From: Thermodesulfobacteriota bacterium | Lineage (GTDB): Bacteria > Desulfobacterota_D > UBA1144 > Nemesobacterales > Mycalebacteriaceae | Length of the DNA: 64,000 nt | Direction of reading: 5' to 3' | Assembly: GCA_965198945.1 (NCBI GenBank) | Contig: CBDAQI010000005.1 | Location: forward strand, 1-64,000 | Notes under the pieces: generated by a model | Told to the model about the DNA's origin: nothing | What the model saw: the letters and a program-made list of their open reading frames with translations, nothing else | The model's database searches: none | Shown: one piece after another, positions 58,752-64,000 of the stretch | How the letters are laid out: the number at the start of each line of letters is the position of its first letter | How positions within the stretch are numbered: position 1 is the first letter of the stretch | Position numbers and translations under genes: made by a program

Positions 58752-59540
58752 CTACCCCGAAGACACTATCTTTAGAGGTTTTCCGGCAAAGTAAGAACGT
58801 CTTCCGCCGCTGAACACAAATTTTCTTGAATTGTTCTTGGCCACAAACAAATCTTTGGGATAGTCAACATCCATCCAGAACATATCGCCTATGTCAAAAG
58901 GCCTTATTTTGTAACCTTTATTCAAAAGTCTCTGTATGCATGACACATACCATTTCTGGCGAACGTTCCCTCCGCGCATTTCCTCTTCCGAAGCCCTTTT
59001 TATCATCTCAACTCCGGTGCCCCTGAATATGCGCACCCCGACCGATTCGTAATCTATATGGTCTTCAATATCTTTTGTCACAAGAGACACGCAGCCTTTT
59101 TCCATTCTGACTTTCATGTCTTCTTTGTCATAGGATTTTTTCTTTTTAACCGGCAGCACGATGCTTTCCCCCCTTGAATTGATCATGCTGTCAAGAATGT
59201 CTATTTCAAAAATATCGTCTCCGTTCATTATTACGAGGTCGTCATTCATCTCACCTCTCGCCAGACACAGAGAAACCAGACTGTTTGTGGTTTGATAGAA
59301 CGGGTTGTAAAGAGTTTTGATTCTCATTCCAAGGCTGTCATAACTGCGAAGAAAAGACTCAATCTTCTCAAAACCGAAACCGACCACTATGACAACGTCA
59401 TTTATGCCGCAGTCTCTTATGTGGTTTATCTGATTCTCAAGTATTGAAGTGCCGCCCACATTGAGCAGACATTTGGGAACATATTCGGTGTAAGGATGCA
59501 GCCTGCTCCCCAGACCCGCGGCAAGAATAATAGCTTTCAT
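58752..59540 (-). CDS. Phosphocholine/inositol-phosphate cytidylyltransferase family (LicC/IPCT-like)
   Basis: AIILAAGLGSRL, PKCLL, YNPFY..TNSL.S, MNGD, WMDVDY..D. Confidence 0.85.
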   Translation of the reverse strand: MKAIILAAGLGSRLHPYTEYVPKCLLNVGGTSILENQINHIRDCGINDVVIVVGFGFEKIESFLRSYDSLGMRIKTLYNPFYQTTNSLVSLCLARGEMNDDLVIMNGDDIFEIDILDSMINSRGESIVLPVKKKKSYDKEDMKVRMEKGCVSLVTKDIEDHIDYESVGVRIFRGTGVEMIKRASEEEMRGGNVRQKWYVSCIQRLLNKGYKIRPFDIGDMFWMDVDYPKDLFVAKNNSRKFVFSGGRRSYFAGKPLKIVSSG

Positions 59541-59658
59541 TCAATAATCTCCAAAACGAATAACTAAATAAAATCGGAAAGGTATAAAAACGACAGCCGT
59601 TAAAAACCAGCCATCAAACTGTGCCAATTATCTCTCTAAAAAAAACAAATTTCAAGAG

Positions 59659-60060
59659 TTATTGTTCCTTGCCGACCTCCGGTATTGTAAACGCGCTTAC
59701 CTCATGCTTGACATATTTGATGTTGTTTTCCTCATCAACATAAACAAACTTGGGGTTGTGGTTTTTGCATTCTTCCTCATTATATGAAGCAAAAGACGCT
59801 ATGATAAGTGAATCCCCCTCACGGGCGAGGTGAGCCGCCGCCCCGTTGACACATACCGCATTTGTGCCTCTTTCGCCCTCTATGACATATGTGAAGAACC
59901 TGTGCCCGTTAGTAACGTTGAATATGGAGACCTTCTCGTGAACAAGAATGTCCGCCGCCTCCATAAGAACTGGGTCAAGGGTGAGGCTGCCTTCATATTC
60001 AAGGTCGGCTTCGGTAACGACAGCCTTGTGAATCTTGGATTTAAGCAAACTTCTTTTGAT
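59659..60060 (-). CDS. panD: Aspartate 1-decarboxylase, apparent ATC start
   Basis: LKSKIH, YEGS cleavage site, TYVI, NGAAAH. With ATC at 60060 as codon 1, K9, H11 and G24-S25 fall at their usual positions. Confidence 0.93.
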   Translation of the reverse strand: MKRSLLKSKIHKAVVTEADLEYEGSLTLDPVLMEAADILVHEKVSIFNVTNGHRFFTYVIEGERGTNAVCVNGAAAHLAREGDSLIIASFASYNEEECKNHNPKFVYVDEENNIKYVKHEVSAFTIPEVGKEQ

Positions 60061-60075
60061 GATGAGTCTCCTTTT

Positions 60076-60921
60076 TCAAAACCTTATGTTGTCTATAAGA
60101 CGCGCCCTACCGACCCTTGCGGCAACGGCCGCGAGACTTCCCCGTGACGGATTTTCAATCGGAACGAGGGTTTCAGGATTACAAATCTCAAGGTAGTCAA
60201 CATCTATCCCTTCTCCGGCAAGAAAATCCCGTCCATCCTTCAAGATCTCCGCGCTCCGGCGGATTCCCGATTCAAAAAGCCGCTTCATTCTAAACAAAAC
60301 AAGTGAAATCGCAACCGCTCTCTGTTTCTCCTCTTCTGAAAGGTATTCATTTCTTGAACTTATGGCAAGACCCGTATCTTCTCTGACAGTTGGGACTGAG
60401 ACTATTTCAATATCAAGGTTGAGGTCTCTGACCGCTCTTTTTACTATGACAAGCTGCTGAAAATCCTTCTCTCCAAAACCGGCCACATCCGGTTTGACGA
60501 TATTAAAAAGTTTGACCACAACCGTTGCCACTCCCTTGAAATGACCCGGTCTTGAGAGGCCGCAAAGAAATTTCTGCGCCTCCTCAACCTCAACCGAGGT
60601 TTGGAAACCCGGAGGGTATATCTCTTCAGACGACGGGAGAAAAACCGCGTCAATCCCGGCGGCGGAGAGCCTGTCAATATCGCCTTCCTCATCCCTCTTA
60701 TATCCGTCGTAGTCTTCACCGGCGGAAAACTGGAGAGGGTTGACAAAAATACTTGCCACGCAAGTGTCCGCCCGTGCCGAAGTTTTCTCCACAACACGCA
60801 AATGCCCCTTGTGTATAGACCCCATTGTCGAAACGAGCGCCACCTTTTTCCCGTTTCTCCGCGCCGAATATGAGTAAGACCTCATTTCCTCAACAGTTCT
60901 TATGACCGCGGGCGGGCTCAT
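60076..60921 (-). CDS. panC: Pantoate-beta-alanine ligase
   Basis: TMGSIHKGH, SIFVNPLQF, RPGHFKGV, FGEKDFQQ, SSRN, RLIDN. Confidence 0.96.
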   Translation of the reverse strand: MSPPAVIRTVEEMRSYSYSARRNGKKVALVSTMGSIHKGHLRVVEKTSARADTCVASIFVNPLQFSAGEDYDGYKRDEEGDIDRLSAAGIDAVFLPSSEEIYPPGFQTSVEVEEAQKFLCGLSRPGHFKGVATVVVKLFNIVKPDVAGFGEKDFQQLVIVKRAVRDLNLDIEIVSVPTVREDTGLAISSRNEYLSEEEKQRAVAISLVLFRMKRLFESGIRRSAEILKDGRDFLAGEGIDVDYLEICNPETLVPIENPSRGSLAAVAARVGRARLIDNIRF

Positions 60922-61733
60922 TTTTCCCCGTCCTCCGAAGCGGGAAACAAACCATTTCTGACCTCTCCCGCATACTCTTTGGTCGCGTTGATAAAAACCT
61001 TTCTGGCTTCAGAGTATTTTTTTACAAATCCTGGAAGTTCCCCCCCGGAAAGACCGACCATATCATCAAAAACAAGTATTTGTCCGTCGCACCCGCCGCC
61101 CGAACCGATTCCTATAACCGGTATTTCAACCTCCGAAGTTATGCGGGATGCAAGTTCCGGCGGAACGCATTCGGCAATCAGGGCAACTGCGCCCTCCCGC
61201 GCGCACTCAAGCGCAAGTTCCAGTATCTTTTTTGCCGAACCGGGAGTCCGTCCCTGAACCCCGTATCCGCCGAGCAGGTTCACAGATTGCGGACACAAGC
61301 CAACATGAGCCACAACGGGAATTCCGGCATCGGTGACGGCGCCAACGGTTTTTGTGTATCTGCCTGCTCCGACTTCTATTTTTACAGACTCCGCGCCGCC
61401 TTGCTTTACAAGACGGCCGGCGTTTTTCACGGCATCGTAGTCGCTTGTCTGATAAGAAAGAAAAGGCATATCAACGCAAAGATGCGCCGTCTTCACTCCG
61501 CGCGCGACATTGCAGGTGTGGTATATCATCTCTGTCATGGTGACAGAAACCGTGCTCTCAAGACCCTGAACAACATTTCCGAGAGAATCGCCCACAAGAA
61601 CAATTTCAACATATGGGTCAACAATGGACGCGACCGGCCAGTCATATGCGGTTATGGCGACTATTTTGCGCCCTTCCCGTTTCATGCGCTTGAGGCGCGT
61701 AACTCTGATTTTTTTTGTTCCCGTATCTTTCAC
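60918..61733 (-). CDS. panB: 3-methyl-2-oxobutanoate hydroxymethyltransferase
   Basis: ITAYD, LVGDSLG, DMPF, VKIE, HVGL.PQ, IGIGSG..CDGQILV. The GTG start at 61733 is tentative. Confidence 0.93.
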   Translation of the reverse strand: MKDTGTKKIRVTRLKRMKREGRKIVAITAYDWPVASIVDPYVEIVLVGDSLGNVVQGLESTVSVTMTEMIYHTCNVARGVKTAHLCVDMPFLSYQTSDYDAVKNAGRLVKQGGAESVKIEVGAGRYTKTVGAVTDAGIPVVAHVGLCPQSVNLLGGYGVQGRTPGSAKKILELALECAREGAVALIAECVPPELASRITSEVEIPVIGIGSGGGCDGQILVFDDMVGLSGGELPGFVKKYSEARKVFINATKEYAGEVRNGLFPASEDGEK

Positions 61734-61839
61734 CGCCGCAAACCTCAAAAGGCGCAACAAATCTAACAGGCAAAAGCGGAGCGGGAAAGGCCGGGAGAAT
61801 GATTGAAATTCAAGAGCAGTAAAATATAATGGCTCTGAT

Positions 61840-63033
61840 ATGAAAGGTTCGGTCGGGAGGTGGAAATCACCCCTAATAGAAAGCCTCCCCGAATACGTCT
61901 TCAGCACGGTTGACAAACTCAAGAAAGACGCACGGGCAAGGGGGCAAGACATAATTGACCTTGGCATGGGAAACCCGGACCGCCCCACGCCGAACCACAT
62001 AGTTGAAAAACTCATGGAAGCGTCAGCAAAGCCGCGCAATCACCGCTATTCAATGTCTGCGGGAATACCCAACCTGAGAAAAGCCGTTTGCGGCTGGTAT
62101 AAGAGAAAGTTCAAAGTAAGCTTGAACCCGGAAACAGAGGCGGTCGCCACAATGGGCATCAAAGAGGGAATTTCCCATCTTATGACATGCCTTCTTTCAC
62201 CGGGAGACCGTGTAATAGTGCCGACCCCGGCCTACCCGATACACCCCTACTCGGTAACAATAGCCGGAGGCGCCCCTTTGGAAGTTCCCATTGACACCGA
62301 CCCCGACACTTTTGTCCGCTCAATGGAAAAAGCCTTGCGCGGGAACAAGAGAAAAACCAAAGCGGTTTTAATCTCTTTTCCAAACAATCCCACGACAAAA
62401 ACGGCGGATATTGGGTTGTTTGAAAAGGTGGTTGATTTCGCACGTGAAGCCGGAATTCTGGTTATTCACGATCTTGCATATGCGGAAATCTGTTTTGAAC
62501 GCACTCCTCCGAGCATAATGCAGGTCAAAGGGGCCAAGGATGTGGCGGTTGAATTTTATTCTCTTTCAAAAACCTACAACATGCCCGGCTGGAGGGTGGG
62601 TTTTATGGTCGGGAACACCGAAGTTGTGTCTCATTTGAAAAAAATCAAAAGCTATCTTGACTACGGAATTTTTCAGCCGATACAGATATCCGCGATTCTG
62701 GCAATGAACGGCCCCCAGAAGTGCGTTGACGAAGTGAGAGAAACATACAGATCCAGACGGGACAAGCTCATCAGGTCTTTCGGCAAGGCCGGGTGGGAGA
62801 TTGCCCCCCCGGAGGCGACAATGTTTGTCTGGGCGCCGCTGCCACCGCAATTTGAAAAAATGGGCTCGCTGGAATTCTCAAAGATGCTGATAAAAAAGGC
62901 CGGAGTGGCTTCCTCCCCGGGAGTGGGTTTCGGGAAAAACGGCGAAGGTTTTGTGCGGCTCGCGCTTGTGGAAAATGAAAAAAGGATAGGGCAGGCGGCG
63001 CGCAGCATAAAAAGGTTTCTCTGCGGGCCCTAA
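61840..63033 (+). CDS. Class I/II PLP aminotransferase (AlaC/DapL-like)
   Basis: DLGMGNPD, FPNNPT, HDLAY, SLSKTYNMPGWRVG, PGVGFG..GEGFVR. Confidence 0.9.
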   Translation: MKGSVGRWKSPLIESLPEYVFSTVDKLKKDARARGQDIIDLGMGNPDRPTPNHIVEKLMEASAKPRNHRYSMSAGIPNLRKAVCGWYKRKFKVSLNPETEAVATMGIKEGISHLMTCLLSPGDRVIVPTPAYPIHPYSVTIAGGAPLEVPIDTDPDTFVRSMEKALRGNKRKTKAVLISFPNNPTTKTADIGLFEKVVDFAREAGILVIHDLAYAEICFERTPPSIMQVKGAKDVAVEFYSLSKTYNMPGWRVGFMVGNTEVVSHLKKIKSYLDYGIFQPIQISAILAMNGPQKCVDEVRETYRSRRDKLIRSFGKAGWEIAPPEATMFVWAPLPPQFEKMGSLEFSKMLIKKAGVASSPGVGFGKNGEGFVRLALVENEKRIGQAARSIKRFLCGP

Positions 63034-63043
63034 ACGATATCCC

Positions 63044-63072
63044 CGTCCGCCGAGACGGTGCCGCGGCGGACG
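63044..63072. terminator. GC hairpin between convergent genes
   Basis: cgtccgccg-N11-cggcggacg; no clear U-tract. Confidence 0.45.
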
Positions 63073-64000
63073 CTAAAACGCCTGTCCCACACCCAGAAAA
63101 AACTGATATCTTCTCAGCGCGGGATTGGGGTTGAGTGTGTAACCGAAGTCAAACGCTATTGGAACCCCCACAACTTTGTATCTGACTCCCCCTCCAATAG
63201 CGTATTTCAGGTCATCCAGATCGTAATCAAAACTTCTGGAAAAAACATTTCCGTAGTCAAGAAAAACAACCCCTCCGAGTTTCTCCCTAATGGGGAATCG
63301 CATTTCAAAACTGCCTGTTATCAGAGAGTTTCCACCCAGCGGGTCTTTATTCCGGTCTATCGGACCGAGTTCCTGAAAAGCAAAACCTCTCATACTTTTG
63401 TTGCCGCCCGCAAAAAGCCTTGAGAATAAGGGGACATTTTTGCGGCGGGTCCGGCCAAACGGTTCTATAAAACCCAGCTGAATTTTTTTTGCAAACACTA
63501 TTTCCGCCAAATCCGCATAGCCCGTTGTTTCAAAAACCGTTTTGAAATACTCTTCGTCAGAGCCCAGAAACTCACCCGCAATCTCCAAATCCAGACTCGC
63601 GGTAAAACCGTTTGAGGGATCAAGAATGTTGTCAGTTCCGTTAAATTCAAAAAACCCCCCGAGTGTTACAAGAAAGATGTTTTCAAACCCTCTGGTAAGG
63701 TCTGTTGCGCCCGCCTGCGATTTTATTTTTGAATCAATCAAAGCGGGAGTGAAACCGAAGGAAAAAAGACCGTCTGAGAAACTCTTAAGAATTTCCGGGG
63801 AAAAAATCAGAAAATCCGCCTCGTAACTGGGATAATCGTCTCTGCGCACATCAAAAACCAGAGCGAGGTTTGAATTCCTTCCGGCAAACCCGGCCTGATT
63901 GATAACCGCGGCCGCCCATTGTGAGGCGAAAGACGCCCCCGCCGAGATTTCAAGAACCCTGTTCAGATTGAGGAAATTTCTGTTTTTAAGCTTCACGCGG
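63073..64000 (-). CDS. Omp85 (BamA/TamA) family outer membrane protein, C-terminal part
   Basis: LFAGGNKSMRGF, GGNSL, FLDYGNV, GGGVRY...PIAFDFG, terminal VGQAF; runs off the window edge. Confidence 0.9.
   Translation of the reverse strand, partial: RVKLKNRNFLNLNRVLEISAGASFASQWAAAVINQAGFAGRNSNLALVFDVRRDDYPSYEADFLIFSPEILKSFSDGLFSFGFTPALIDSKIKSQAGATDLTRGFENIFLVTLGGFFEFNGTDNILDPSNGFTASLDLEIAGEFLGSDEEYFKTVFETTGYADLAEIVFAKKIQLGFIEPFGRTRRKNVPLFSRLFAGGNKSMRGFAFQELGPIDRNKDPLGGNSLITGSFEMRFPIREKLGGVVFLDYGNVFSRSFDYDLDDLKYAIGGGVRYKVVGVPIAFDFGYTLNPNPALRRYQFFLGVGQAF

Noticed and set aside
61734..62039. Long N-terminal extension of panB in the ORF track
   Set aside because: It overlaps the divergent aminotransferase in antisense, and PanB similarity starts near 61733.

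Overview
Bacterial chromosome segment, roughly 45-50% GC by eye and gene-dense. A deltaproteobacteria-like lineage such as Ca. Dadabacteria is only a weak guess from gene style. The backbone is housekeeping: recG, topA, UDP-sugar genes, a TolC/MFP/ABC exporter, hemW, eno-leuCD, an hpf-ptsN-hprK-rapZ-EIIA operon, a PLP decarboxylase with an ACT protein, ccr, trpS, a sirohaem reductase, tRNA-Arg(ACG), tRNA-Ser(TGA), lipid genes, rpsB-tsf-pyrH-frr, serS, ald, bamD, mtnA, dksA, panBCD and an Omp85 gene. Five integrase-free accessory insertions interrupt it: (1) hipBA; (2) ORF6N + DUF262-HNH + DUF2442; (3) ABM / RelE-double-HTH / HEPN-MNT / MTase-REase-DUF6119; (4) AAA-DUF4143 + nuclease-helicase; (5) a decapeptide-repeat fibre-like protein. 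The main unexplained signal is that these cassettes are bracketed by diverged direct-repeat copies of the neighbouring host sequence: the hemW-3'/eno-5' junction, the 3' end of a haem-oxygenase-like gene (3-4 copies in a row), an antitoxin 3' end (nested), the frr 3' end and the dksA promoter. This gives an integron-like stacking of cassettes that uses host gene ends as separators. Frameshifts in recG, topA, ccr, trpS and the reductase look like assembly indel errors. All alignments and identities were done by eye; no database searches were run.
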